DNA from: a virus
Lineage: Duplodnaviria; Caudoviricetes
Virus record (IMG/VR): IMGVR_UViG_3300030376_000060
Location: 1-29,043 of that record
Length of the DNA stretch: 29,043 nt
Reading direction: 5' to 3' (one strand)
In this document: piece by piece, positions 15,901 through 25,069 of the stretch
How positions within the stretch are numbered: the stretch's first letter is position 1
Layout: each line of letters begins with the position of its first letter
The notes under the pieces: generated by a model
Databases searched by the model: none
Told to the model about the DNA's origin: nothing
Seen by the model: the letters and a program-made list of their open reading frames with translations, nothing else
Program-made: the position numbers and the translations under genes

Positions 15901-18900
15901 GGAGTTAGCATTTCTTGACTATAATCAAAAAATAATTGCTTTACATTTCCTTCTATATCATATCCTTCCTCAATAAGTTTAGGGATAAAACTTACTATTT
16001 TATTAGGGTAGTCATAAAAATCATATCTACTTGTATTAAAAATAAGAGGAGTTCCTTCTTTATTAATAGTTATAACTAAATTATCGTTTCTAGCATAAGG
16101 AGCTACAAAAGATTTTATATCTTTTTCTTGTTGTTCATCTATACCAGAAATATACCTATTAATAGCTTGATACCCAACTACAGCTCCTCCTCCGGGTACT
16201 CCATATTTTAGTCCATATTTTACAAATTCTCCACCTGTTCCTAATGTAGTGTAAGCAGCCATTCTTTTTGTTCCTCTTTTCAATATAATAGAACCTGCTT
16301 CATCAAAGCCCTCTTGCATTAAATCTTTACCAATTTTAATTTCTCGTGCAGCTTGAATACCGGTGGTAAAACCTATACGAGTTGATTCAGATAAGAAAGA
16401 AAAAAATTGAGAAATAAGTGGGTTGGCTCTTAGGAGCTGTAAGTTTTCAGGAACTATATCATAGTTAGGTAGTCCGCCAACAACTCTTCTAGCTGCTTCT
16501 CTTTCTATAGCTTCTTCACTTGTAAATTTATAAAAGCCATTATAGTTATCTGGTAAAGCATCATTAAACTTTTTAAGGTTTTTTAATTCTACTTCATATA
16601 AAAGAATTTTAAAAAAATCATCTTCTGCAATATATAAATCAGTAATACCGTCTATTGATTTTTTAACTTTATCTGATGCAGATTTTAATAATTTATTTCT
16701 ACGAACAGGCTCAGTTATAAAAGCAAAAGGACTTTTTAAACCATTATCTCTAACATCTTTCATTAGAGCATTTATTTCTCTAGCTATTGGACCTTTATTT
16801 AAAATATTATACCCTGCTAATTTTTCAACATATTTTTGTTGTTCTTTATCCGTTTTACTCGCTAAATCTCTAGCAACAACTTTAGCAGTACTAGTAAAAC
16901 TTTTTATACTTGGAAAAGCTCCTTGACCAAGTGTACCCATTGCTTGACCAAGAACGTTTTGAACATGAGTGTGTACGTTCCAAACAGTTGCAGCTTTTTG
17001 AGTAAATCCTTTTACAAGAGCCATTGCTTGATATAGCTGGTTAAAAACCCCACCTTCGCCATCAAACCATTGATTGTATTTTTGTTTTTCTGTAAAATAT
17101 CTAGCTAGTTCAGGACTGGTGTACTTTCCAGATAAAGCTCCAAAAGGTTGTATTATTTCTGCATCTGCTTTAGCTTGTTTACTTTTAAAGTCTTTTTTAG
17201 CTTGTTTTGTTGTCGGTATTTGTACGTTAAAACCTGCTCTAGGTTTATCGTGAAAATAAATATCCTTACCATTTTTATTTAATTCATCATAAAAATCTAA
17301 ATCATTTACAAACCTACTAATTTTATTTAAAGAAATACTTAAACTTTCTAAAGGATTTGTAACTTCTCCATAGTAATCTTTTATTTCTTGAGGAAGCTGT
17401 AGTTTTTTATCTAGTAAATTTCTATTAACGCCTTTATATTTATTTTGCCTTCGTACTATTTTTGCATATTTACCTTCTCCACCTGCAAGGTCTTCCATTC
17501 TTACTTCTACTTCATCGTTTATTTCAGCTTCAGTTAAAGGATTTTTTTTATTGGCATTTTTATTAATTAAATCTTGTCTTATAAAAGCTCTAGCAGCAGC
17601 AGTTACTTTGTCAGTAGGTATGTAATTAGGGTCTTCAAACTTTTTATAACTTGTTCTAACATAAATACCTAGTTGGTCTGAAACAATTTTTTTATCTTTT
17701 GCACTGATGTATGGGCTATCTAATAATAACCTACTTAAATTATCTTGTAAATCTCTAGCATCTAAAATAGCTTGTCTAGCTTCTTCTGGAAACTGATTTA
17801 ATTTTTTTATAAAAGTTTCTCTCTGGCTAACAGGAGCTTTTGTTCCTCTTGAAGTGACAATACCCGGAACTCTAAAATCAGTAAACAATAAATAATTTAT
17901 ATCTTCTAAAACTTTTTCACTGGTATCCTTGGTAGCTTTGTAAATTGTTTGTAAAGCACTATCGAAATTTAACATATTGTTTTCAATAGTTTTATCCCAT
18001 TTATTTTGTAGACCTTTAAATTTAAAATCGGTCTCAAACATTTTTTTAGTCATTCCACCTCTAGCTGTGAAAGTTCTGGCTAAAAAATTAGAAATTCTTT
18101 TTATAGCTGGTCTGTCTGAAAATTTAGAAAGACCTAAAAAATTATCTTCTAAACCTTCTATGTCTCCTAAATCCCCAGCTTCTTGTCTAGCTTTTAGGGC
18201 AGCTTCTTTACGAGGTTGTAAAGTTCGTTTTGCACTGTTTGTAGATTTAATAACTTTAAGAAAATCTTGACTTGCTTTTCTACCTTTTGATTTAATTTTA
18301 TTTAAAACATTTACTATATTATTTGCAACATTTTCACGTTGATTGTAAGCACCTTTACCTACCTTAACAGCACCACCTACAAGACCAGTTAAAAGTAGAC
18401 CTTCTGCTAATAAACCAATTCTATTTTCTAATTCACTTTTGTTTTCAGTAGATTTGATTGGGTCTAATAAATAGTCTTCTATTGCAGAAAAATAACCATC
18501 ATCATCTATTACTGCTCCTAGAGAACTAGCAAACATATTAACAAGATTTTCTTCGTTGGGATTAAGAGAAAGTTGTGCAGCTATTTCTCCTTGAGCAATA
18601 AATCCTGCAGTAGAAGTTGCTTTAGGTGCAGCTTTGGTAGCAGCTTGAACAGCTTTAAAACCTTTTAAAGGTAAACCAAGTTTGCCAACACCTATCATCG
18701 AGCCCGTAAAAGCAGTCATCTCTCTAATAGTTTGATTTACTCCTGACTCTGGTTCAGCTATATTAGTTACCAGTTTACCTTGACGTTCTTCTTGGATAAC
18801 GTTTTCTTTACCTACAAGATTACTATAAAGTGTATTTAAAAAATCTTCAGTTCTCGCTGCTTCTTTTTTAGTAGGTTCATCAAGAAGTCGGTAAAGCTCA

Positions 18901-19013
18901 ATGCCTTCTCTTACAACGTCAGAACCAGCTCCTATACTTGTTCTTTTAAATTCTTTTTTTTGGTCTTCACTAGCTCTATCCCATAGCTGCATGAATAGTA
19001 ATGGATTCTGCAT
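12951..19013 (-). CDS. Giant internal virion/ejection protein (2020 aa) with modular C-terminus including an ADP-ribosyltransferase-like domain
   Basis: Size and position at the end of the internal-protein block. About 1290 aa of helical body, followed by motif-delimited modules. Confidence 0.75.
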   Translation of the reverse strand: MQNPLLFMQLWDRASEDQKKEFKRTSIGAGSDVVREGIELYRLLDEPTKKEAARTEDFLNTLYSNLVGKENVIQEERQGKLVTNIAEPESGVNQTIREMTAFTGSMIGVGKLGLPLKGFKAVQAATKAAPKATSTAGFIAQGEIAAQLSLNPNEENLVNMFASSLGAVIDDDGYFSAIEDYLLDPIKSTENKSELENRIGLLAEGLLLTGLVGGAVKVGKGAYNQRENVANNIVNVLNKIKSKGRKASQDFLKVIKSTNSAKRTLQPRKEAALKARQEAGDLGDIEGLEDNFLGLSKFSDRPAIKRISNFLARTFTARGGMTKKMFETDFKFKGLQNKWDKTIENNMLNFDSALQTIYKATKDTSEKVLEDINYLLFTDFRVPGIVTSRGTKAPVSQRETFIKKLNQFPEEARQAILDARDLQDNLSRLLLDSPYISAKDKKIVSDQLGIYVRTSYKKFEDPNYIPTDKVTAAARAFIRQDLINKNANKKNPLTEAEINDEVEVRMEDLAGGEGKYAKIVRRQNKYKGVNRNLLDKKLQLPQEIKDYYGEVTNPLESLSISLNKISRFVNDLDFYDELNKNGKDIYFHDKPRAGFNVQIPTTKQAKKDFKSKQAKADAEIIQPFGALSGKYTSPELARYFTEKQKYNQWFDGEGGVFNQLYQAMALVKGFTQKAATVWNVHTHVQNVLGQAMGTLGQGAFPSIKSFTSTAKVVARDLASKTDKEQQKYVEKLAGYNILNKGPIAREINALMKDVRDNGLKSPFAFITEPVRRNKLLKSASDKVKKSIDGITDLYIAEDDFFKILLYEVELKNLKKFNDALPDNYNGFYKFTSEEAIEREAARRVVGGLPNYDIVPENLQLLRANPLISQFFSFLSESTRIGFTTGIQAAREIKIGKDLMQEGFDEAGSIILKRGTKRMAAYTTLGTGGEFVKYGLKYGVPGGGAVVGYQAINRYISGIDEQQEKDIKSFVAPYARNDNLVITINKEGTPLIFNTSRYDFYDYPNKIVSFIPKLIEEGYDIEGNVKQLFFDYSQEMLTPFFGTTMTPSTGIDYIARNGRDSEGRLMRNPFNKTKVYDTAAGLLDPANMQIFVANLTKNFIPGTAKSIQRYVNNYGKDETKFNQEIHKGKEIIKLLTGIGVTVLNKEYMTNVYEMNTNSYSRDLSARRGLLANAASNAESKEDFIENYKDIQARHYETYREFYNHTSAARRLGLNTYPVLKDKLSKPEAKYLMGGNRFTPIKITSGILERLVNNKNLASDYFEIKRALSTEEQKFSSLPILDYSEKDLEKGRLTKSTGGLITGTEDVPFTEENPADRINPVTGEPYSETSKGVLATLKDRQEDRIPKTYGGLLNNLQRRKKFVAGGIRAGLKFLLKNIAEGKEVPAEELLNALPDKVYRGGTSRIVDSPEGTESVFAASDKFHAQTYASPDAFPKVEASDGKSLLIPESEYRLHEIDISSAQKPYILDNPTPSMKLKMRTKLAELNDINFDPTPETDDLSDALGVLLGRAEGSLKVDSGDFARIARAAGKFLREEGFDLIIDTPSLRKGYINSPEAELYVLKNFPVKAIDDFVPPKVKEQVEEATENVAKKVDEQTLAKEEKFQLKQKERTKKPIDDTLPAFKFFNLKNKDVMAWRAKAEAEVKIKEKDTGLPQKRKRIPELANAAEDLSKNKISVDEYRNEVNKLMPIVPFKQVPEMTPLIDVVRSLNAGLIKEGVGVIGADIPKLSTGTEVGLRLDIPSYNNYDTWVVSIHEGLGRSGKSVGYSNTGWITDVIFNTNPETAYNIATYKSKSTFARANGLWKDHTADEAFKKAQQYMDDPEWSQIGMNPYRFSYFYDKADGMPVVNADEVIQIGPLVLGKNVTKAKPTDKRFEVNLKDGRIFNFSTGGNVETPTEPEEFLIYKLLQDDEERLGFFEGTEVDNSLRLDGTKKSQIGHKGRIKNNVSGKTMTELSAGKPDTEEGFYPLLNPYTTDKQIEFIQNFDFEKNNIFETKVGRQMNRNARKHYKESVEKGVSPFVNDK

Positions 19014-19022
19014 AATTAATTT

Positions 19023-20462
19023 TTATTGTTTATCTATATTTCTAAGTTCGTTTGCTCTAGCTTTTTTAATCTCTAGAAGTCTGCCGTGATTTGACATAAG
19101 ATTTTTATAATAAAATTCTTCAAAACTTGTCTTATCTTTAAATCTTGGATTATCTAAATCTTTTTCATAATTAATCGTAGCTTGTATATCGGATTCATTT
19201 GCAGGATTATTAAGATAAAGAGTTGCACTTTGCAGTGTACTTTCAAGCATCTGGTCTGGAGTATAACTAACTAATTGTCTTTCAAGTACAGGTATTAGTT
19301 TCGGGTCAGTTGATGGACTATTTAGCTTCATTACTGTTAATGCTACTTTTCTTATTTTTTCGTCAGGCTCAAGAACCATCAGATTTATAAATTGTTTTGA
19401 TTCTTCTTTGTAAGCAGCAAAAAGGTCATCTCCTTCTTGTGGAATTACTCCTCCAGTTGTAGGACTTCTTTTCCATCGTTCATCAAACAATCTTTGTGCC
19501 GTTTCTATTTTTTTTGTAAACTCATCTTTATTATTTCTGTTAAGATTTACTTTAGATAATGCTATTCCAAGTATTTCATCTGAAGTAATTCCTTCCTCAC
19601 CTTTCATTTTAGTAATACTTTGTTCCATTTGATTTAGTATTTCTGGACTTACCTTATCTTCATAATTAGTATTAATAAATTCTAAAGCTCTAGTTTTATC
19701 TAGCTTTGGTTGTGCTGCTAAATAACTAGCAACTGCAGGATTAAACAATTCTTCCTCTTCTTGCATCTCTACCACAAAGTTTGCTTTATCTACAGAACTT
19801 TGTAATTTTGCTTTTCTGTCATCAAACCAAGATGGAAATATACTATTTGCAGCAGAAGCTAGTAAACTAGATTGAGTTGGGTCATTTTCTAATCGAGCAT
19901 ATTCTGCTTTATAAGCATCATCGTAGGCTTTATTATACTCTTGAAAAGTTCTTGAAGTTATTAAAGGATTGTCCTTCATAGCTTCTAATTCTATTTTAGC
20001 TTGTTTTTTAGATTCTTCCCATAATTGGTCAGCTAAAAATTTAGCATTTGGGTCAGTTAGTTCGCTTTTATTTTTAAAAGTTACATTACTTTGCTTTATA
20101 GATTCGTCATTGTTGTAAATCATTTCAGCATAATCTACTATACCTTGTTCTGGATTTTTTAAATATTTATCATAAAAATCTCTATTTTCATTTTCTTTAT
20201 CATAAATAGTTTGTCTAGACGTTGATTCTTCTTTAAAAGCTGCATCTAATCCTGTAAGATTTTTTAATAATTTTTGTTGTAATTTTTTTTGTTTTCCTTT
20301 AAAAAAAGATAATAAACCTGATACTAAGTAACCTTGATTCCTTTCTTTTACATTACTACTTTTACCTCTTGCTAATAAACTATTAAATGTATTAAAGTCT
20401 TTTTGCATAGCTGCATCGACTACTGCACCACTAAAGAATTTTTTTCTTGAATCTTCTGACAT
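19023..20462 (-). CDS. Putative internal virion protein (479 aa)
   Basis: Charged helical protein within the block between tail and lysis genes. Confidence 0.65.
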   Translation of the reverse strand: MSEDSRKKFFSGAVVDAAMQKDFNTFNSLLARGKSSNVKERNQGYLVSGLLSFFKGKQKKLQQKLLKNLTGLDAAFKEESTSRQTIYDKENENRDFYDKYLKNPEQGIVDYAEMIYNNDESIKQSNVTFKNKSELTDPNAKFLADQLWEESKKQAKIELEAMKDNPLITSRTFQEYNKAYDDAYKAEYARLENDPTQSSLLASAANSIFPSWFDDRKAKLQSSVDKANFVVEMQEEEELFNPAVASYLAAQPKLDKTRALEFINTNYEDKVSPEILNQMEQSITKMKGEEGITSDEILGIALSKVNLNRNNKDEFTKKIETAQRLFDERWKRSPTTGGVIPQEGDDLFAAYKEESKQFINLMVLEPDEKIRKVALTVMKLNSPSTDPKLIPVLERQLVSYTPDQMLESTLQSATLYLNNPANESDIQATINYEKDLDNPRFKDKTSFEEFYYKNLMSNHGRLLEIKKARANELRNIDKQ

Positions 20463-20463
20463 T

Positions 20464-21213
20464 TTACACCACCTCTTCTTGCTTAGTTAGTAAGCTTCTC
20501 ATTTCTGGACCTTTATCTTTTATTTTATCTAGTAAATTTTTTCCTACCACTTCTTCTGCTCTAGCAACGGCTGTATCTTTATTGTCATCAGTAATTTGTT
20601 TTTTACTTCTAATATCTTCAGCAGCTTTTCTAAACTGTACTACTCGTTCATTTACTTCAACTTCATCAGCTTCACCAATATCATTAGGTTCGATATTATA
20701 TTCTATACCAGCTTCAGAACCTATTGACATTACAGTATACATGATAGGCTCTGCTAATAATAACATAGTGTCAGGATTTATTTCGCCATTAACAAACTTT
20801 GTATATAAGATTGTATTAGTAATATCAGTTACTGCAACTCCATCTGCTAAAGATTTTATAATACCTTTCATTGCTTCAGGGTTTAAAATATCTGCAGTGA
20901 TAGAAGTTAAAGCATCTCTAGGGTTAGCAAACTCTGCAGGTTTTTCCCAAGGATAAGGATTTTCAGGGTCATTAACTAATGATTGTCCGGGAATTGCTAC
21001 ACCTTTTATAGTATCATTTGCTAGTTGATTTAAAGCTGTTTCAGATGTTTTACCGTCAGCTATTAATTTAGTAGGTTCTTTGTCTATTGCATCTACTAAT
21101 TCTGATATATCAATATCTGCTTCAGCAACATCTGATACACTTTGTATCATCGCATCTGATAAATTGCTTTTAATAAATTTCCTATTTAAAGGATTTATTT
21201 TTTGTTCTGCCAT
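20464..21213 (-). CDS. Putative virion protein (249 aa) with IPGQSL...YPWEKP motif
   Basis: Tightly packed in the late operon; I recall this motif from marine podovirus late genes. Confidence 0.65.
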   Translation of the reverse strand: MAEQKINPLNRKFIKSNLSDAMIQSVSDVAEADIDISELVDAIDKEPTKLIADGKTSETALNQLANDTIKGVAIPGQSLVNDPENPYPWEKPAEFANPRDALTSITADILNPEAMKGIIKSLADGVAVTDITNTILYTKFVNGEINPDTMLLLAEPIMYTVMSIGSEAGIEYNIEPNDIGEADEVEVNERVVQFRKAAEDIRSKKQITDDNKDTAVARAEEVVGKNLLDKIKDKGPEMRSLLTKQEEVV

Positions 21214-22454
21214 TATGTCACCTGTATTGGTAATGTTTGTTGTCTAAGCAGGTCTCCGCCCATTGCATTCATATCTCCTGAACCATAAGTTAAAGTTTGA
21301 TAAGGTGCGATTGGGTCTATACCTACCGGTAGTGCAGGAAATTGAAGAGATTGACTAGCCATTCCTGCTCCATACTGTTGAGCTGTTGCTGGAATACCAG
21401 ACTGTATAGGGTCATCCGAAAGTTTATCTGAAATAAATCCTTCGGCTGCCGAGCCTAACATACCAGTTCCAAAGTCAAAAACTCCATCGACTACATTATC
21501 AGCACTAAAAGAATCTTTAATCTTATCAATTAATTGCCCACCAAACTCACCAAAAGATGGTTTAGCTGCTGGAATTTTAATAGTTTCAGAAAGCATATTT
21601 CTTACAGAATCTTGAGAAGCTACGCCATCAAAACCTATGTCGGCTGTAAAGTCAGTAATATTAGCAGCATCTAACTTTAATTCAGGCACAGTATAAGTAT
21701 TTAAACTTGATATAGGTTTGAATCCATCAGCAGTCTTAGTAAAAGTAGCACCTATTTCATCCATAAATACAGTGTCCGGGTTTAAAGGATTTACGTCTGT
21801 TAAAGTTCCTCTAGGAGTTGCTACTAATCCTGAATCTGCTATAGCTGCAGAAACATCTGTCGGTGCAGTCACGTCTGTGCTTATTTGCCCTGTTCCTGTT
21901 ATTTCTCTCATTTCTTGGTAGTCAGTTAAATTTTCAGCAAAATTATCACCATAAGCTGAAGCATCTAAAGTGCCGTCTGCTCCCATAGCATCTAATTTAC
22001 CTTGAGTCAAATCAAGACTTTCTCCTCCAGCTTTTGCAGCTTGAGCTTGTTTAATTTTTGAACCAATTCCAGCTAAAGCAGCTCCAGTTGCAGCACCGAA
22101 TGCTCCAGCTTTTAAAGCATCTTTAAAGCTACCACCAGCCATAACAACTCCACCTGCTCCCATTACTGCACCACTGATTGCACCAGTAGCCACGGCAGCA
22201 GCAGTTACTCCTAATCCTGATAAAGCAGGTAAAGCAGCAATAGCTCCGGGTAACATAACGGCTGCTGTTATCATTAAACCTAGCCGTACATATTTGTTTC
22301 TAGTTAGTTCTTTAACTCCTTTAAAAGTTTTCTTTTGAATTTTTTTAACTAAATTAACAGCCTTTTTAACTCCTTTAGCAACAGTGCTAATTTGTTTTTT
22401 AACACCACCATATATTTTTTTTCCAGCTTTTTTTATGTCATCAAGTATTCCCAT
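21213..22454 (-). CDS. Putative membrane-penetrating ejection protein (413 aa)
   Basis: Lys-rich amphipathic N-terminal helix followed by Gly/Ala-rich hydrophobic glycine-zipper segments; AGGAG SD. Confidence 0.65.
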   Translation of the reverse strand: MGILDDIKKAGKKIYGGVKKQISTVAKGVKKAVNLVKKIQKKTFKGVKELTRNKYVRLGLMITAAVMLPGAIAALPALSGLGVTAAAVATGAISGAVMGAGGVVMAGGSFKDALKAGAFGAATGAALAGIGSKIKQAQAAKAGGESLDLTQGKLDAMGADGTLDASAYGDNFAENLTDYQEMREITGTGQISTDVTAPTDVSAAIADSGLVATPRGTLTDVNPLNPDTVFMDEIGATFTKTADGFKPISSLNTYTVPELKLDAANITDFTADIGFDGVASQDSVRNMLSETIKIPAAKPSFGEFGGQLIDKIKDSFSADNVVDGVFDFGTGMLGSAAEGFISDKLSDDPIQSGIPATAQQYGAGMASQSLQFPALPVGIDPIAPYQTLTYGSGDMNAMGGDLLRQQTLPIQVT

Positions 22455-22463
22455 TATATTCTC

Positions 22464-24461
22464 CTATGTTACATCGTCTGATAACGCAACTATTAAACTT
22501 TCTAAACCTGTAGTATCTTTATAACTATTAGGGTCAGCAGCTAAAGCCGTATTTAATAAAGCAGAAATTCTTTGCTTTTGATTTTCTGCGTATCTAAAAT
22601 CAAAGTCAGCTTGGTCTCTAAGCTCTTGCCAAATAAAAGCTTGTGCTTGACTACTAAGATTAAAAGCATTTTGTGCATTTTGTAAATTAACTGCATTTTG
22701 TGCTGCAGTGTTTGCAGTATTAGTTTGTCTTCGCCATTGAATGTTACTAGCCTCAACGGCAGCAGCATTCTGTGCATTCCATTGATTTCTAGCAAAATCT
22801 TGATTAGCATTAAACTGGTCAATCTGTGTAGCTAGTTGTGAGTTTAATCTATTTACTTCTGCAGTTCTACCAGCATCTCTAGCTGCAGCAGCATTAGCTT
22901 GAGTAGCATTAAATTCAGAAATAGCATTTGTTTGAGCTGCATTAAACTGATTCATTTGTGCAGATAAGTTAGCCATAAATTGCTCTGTTTGATTTGTACT
23001 GGTAGCATTAAACTGTGCAGCAGCATTTTGCGAAGCTTGATTAGTTAACATTCTTTGCTGGTCTTGTTGAGCTCTTAATATATTTACTTGTTGCTCTGCA
23101 TTTAAATTGGCTAAGTCTACTGATAAAAAAGATTTTGCATTTTGTATAGCTAACTTTGTATTTGCATCAGCCTCTACAATATTTGCTTGAGACATTAATA
23201 CAGCGTTTTGAATAACGCCCTGTTGTTCTGCTGTAGCATTTTGTAATGAAACAGTTTGTAAAAATTTACTATTAGCTAAAGAAGTTTGTTGGTCAGCAGT
23301 AAATTGTGCTAAGTCTAATCTAAAAACATTGTTAGCATTTTGCAATGCTGTTTGTTGTTGAAACTGAGCATTAGCTAAAGCTTCTTGACTTATTAAAGTT
23401 TTTTCTTGTGCTACTGACTGTTGTATAGCTTGAGCATTAGCTTGAGCAATCGGAACTGAAGATTGTATTATAGCATTTATTAAATTATCTCTACCCACTG
23501 TAGAAGCTGACATACCTCTTTGAGCTAACATTTGCTCTACTGCTGTTACTGCAGGTTGTGCCCATGTAGGTATTTCACCATTTTCAATTCCTTTTAATAA
23601 AGTATCTAATTGATTACTTACTAAGGCTTCTTGTGGTAAACCTTCAATTACACCTCTCTGTGCTTCAGTAAAATCAGTTAGTCTATCTTCTAGTGCTTCA
23701 GGATTATCTCCTAATGCAGTAATTGTTGCTTCATCCAATCCAGCAGTTCTTAATTGTTTTTTAGCTCTAGTAACTCTTGCTAATGTTGTACCACTTGCTT
23801 GAGCTGCAGTAGCGATAGACTGTGGACTTATTTGACCTACTACTCTTTGAGCAACTGCTCCCTCTTCTACTTTTACTTTAGCAGGGTCAATAGGTTGTAT
23901 CCTATTTACTCCTGCAATTTTAGCAAGTTCTTCATCAGCTAGTGTTGTTTGTGCAGCAGTAACAGTAGGAGCTTGAGTTATTTGTGCAGGTTGAATAGTA
24001 CTAACTGGAGCAACTGTAGGAGTAGTTACAGTTTGCGGAGGTTGTATAGTTGTAACTTGTTCTGCAGGAGTTGTAGCAACTTGAGTTTGACCTACAGTAG
24101 TAGCCGTAGGCATTGTAGTAGTCTGCTGTGGCATATTAGCATCTACTTGTTGAACAGCAGGTACTTGACCAGCCACAGGAACTTGACCTGCTTTAGCTTT
24201 TTCTAATTCAGCTCTACTAGCTGCTTTTTGTTCTTCTGTCATTGCCATTTGTTGTCCTCGTACTTGTATTTGTCCTGTATTTATATTTAAATTAAGAGGG
24301 TCTGAACTATAGGCTTGAGCCATTTGTTGACTAAAGGAAGTTCCATATCCACCACTACCAGTAAATAATTTTTTTCTTGGACCATCTTTAGAAACTTGAC
24401 CACCTTTGCGATAGTCTTGACGTTCAGAACTAGTACCTGCTCTTTTGTACTTTTTCTTCAT
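22464..24461 (-). CDS. Putative DNA pilot/ejection protein (665 aa, Gln/Ala/Asn-rich coiled coil)
   Basis: Q/A/N-rich with QFNA repeats at 11-aa spacing; P/T/V/Q-rich linker. Confidence 0.7.
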   Translation of the reverse strand: MKKKYKRAGTSSERQDYRKGGQVSKDGPRKKLFTGSGGYGTSFSQQMAQAYSSDPLNLNINTGQIQVRGQQMAMTEEQKAASRAELEKAKAGQVPVAGQVPAVQQVDANMPQQTTTMPTATTVGQTQVATTPAEQVTTIQPPQTVTTPTVAPVSTIQPAQITQAPTVTAAQTTLADEELAKIAGVNRIQPIDPAKVKVEEGAVAQRVVGQISPQSIATAAQASGTTLARVTRAKKQLRTAGLDEATITALGDNPEALEDRLTDFTEAQRGVIEGLPQEALVSNQLDTLLKGIENGEIPTWAQPAVTAVEQMLAQRGMSASTVGRDNLINAIIQSSVPIAQANAQAIQQSVAQEKTLISQEALANAQFQQQTALQNANNVFRLDLAQFTADQQTSLANSKFLQTVSLQNATAEQQGVIQNAVLMSQANIVEADANTKLAIQNAKSFLSVDLANLNAEQQVNILRAQQDQQRMLTNQASQNAAAQFNATSTNQTEQFMANLSAQMNQFNAAQTNAISEFNATQANAAAARDAGRTAEVNRLNSQLATQIDQFNANQDFARNQWNAQNAAAVEASNIQWRRQTNTANTAAQNAVNLQNAQNAFNLSSQAQAFIWQELRDQADFDFRYAENQKQRISALLNTALAADPNSYKDTTGLESLIVALSDDVT

Positions 24462-24469
24462 ATACTATT

Positions 24470-24712
24470 TTACCTTAATTCAAACAGTTTGTCAAGCTTT
24501 TCATCTAATTTATCTAACCTATCTACTAAGTCTCTCATAACTGCTCTGGACTCATTTTTCGTAACATAGTCTCTAGCTATTTCTTCTCTAGTTTTATTTA
24601 ACAAAATATCAACACGTTTATTTTCTTGAGAGTTTTGTCGAATGTTATAGAGTATTGGAGCTAGGACTAATGTTATAAAAGCATTCCATATCAGGTATGA
24701 AGATATTTCCAT
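24470..24712 (-). CDS. Small protein with N-terminal TM helix and C-terminal coiled coil
   Basis: LIWNAFITLVLAPILY followed by heptads LVDRLDKLDEKLDKL. Confidence 0.7.
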   Translation of the reverse strand: MEISSYLIWNAFITLVLAPILYNIRQNSQENKRVDILLNKTREEIARDYVTKNESRAVMRDLVDRLDKLDEKLDKLFELR

Positions 24713-24713
24713 A

Positions 24714-25067
24714 TTAGCCCACCTGTTTAGTTTGAACTGTTGGTGTAACTAACTCAGCTATATTTGCATCAAGACCAGCTTTCATTTCTGTAATCTTATC
24801 TGCACCCATAGCAGCTTCAACCCAACCTTGTACATCACTTGCAGTTAAATCTGCAAAAGCTGTAAAGTCTGATAAGTCTGAAGTGTCTAAAGATTGTGTG
24901 CCATATACTGTAGAAGCAGCATCAATATCATTGTCTTGCGAATCTTTAACAGTATTAGTATCGTCAGTTCCAGTAAGTCTCCAGTGGACATTAAAAACAG
25001 TATCAGCGTTGCTGTCTATTTCTTTAACATCTACAGTGCTTACATTCCATGTGTAGTTAATTGCCAT
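24714..25067 (-). CDS. Tail fibre-associated protein (117 aa)
   Basis: Immediately after the tail fibre; YTWNV...VHWR...F..FADLT...V.GWV pattern often seen there; AAGGAG SD. Confidence 0.65.
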   Translation of the reverse strand: MAINYTWNVSTVDVKEIDSNADTVFNVHWRLTGTDDTNTVKDSQDNDIDAASTVYGTQSLDTSDLSDFTAFADLTASDVQGWVEAAMGADKITEMKAGLDANIAELVTPTVQTKQVG

Positions 25068-25069
25068 TT

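Noticed and set aside
20447-20956. 169-aa + strand ORF and similar antisense ORFs (e.g. 1384-1746, 5664-5993, 17977-18270, 24894-25241)
   Set aside because: Lie opposite well-supported genes, with the S/I/L/F-rich composition typical of shadow frames.
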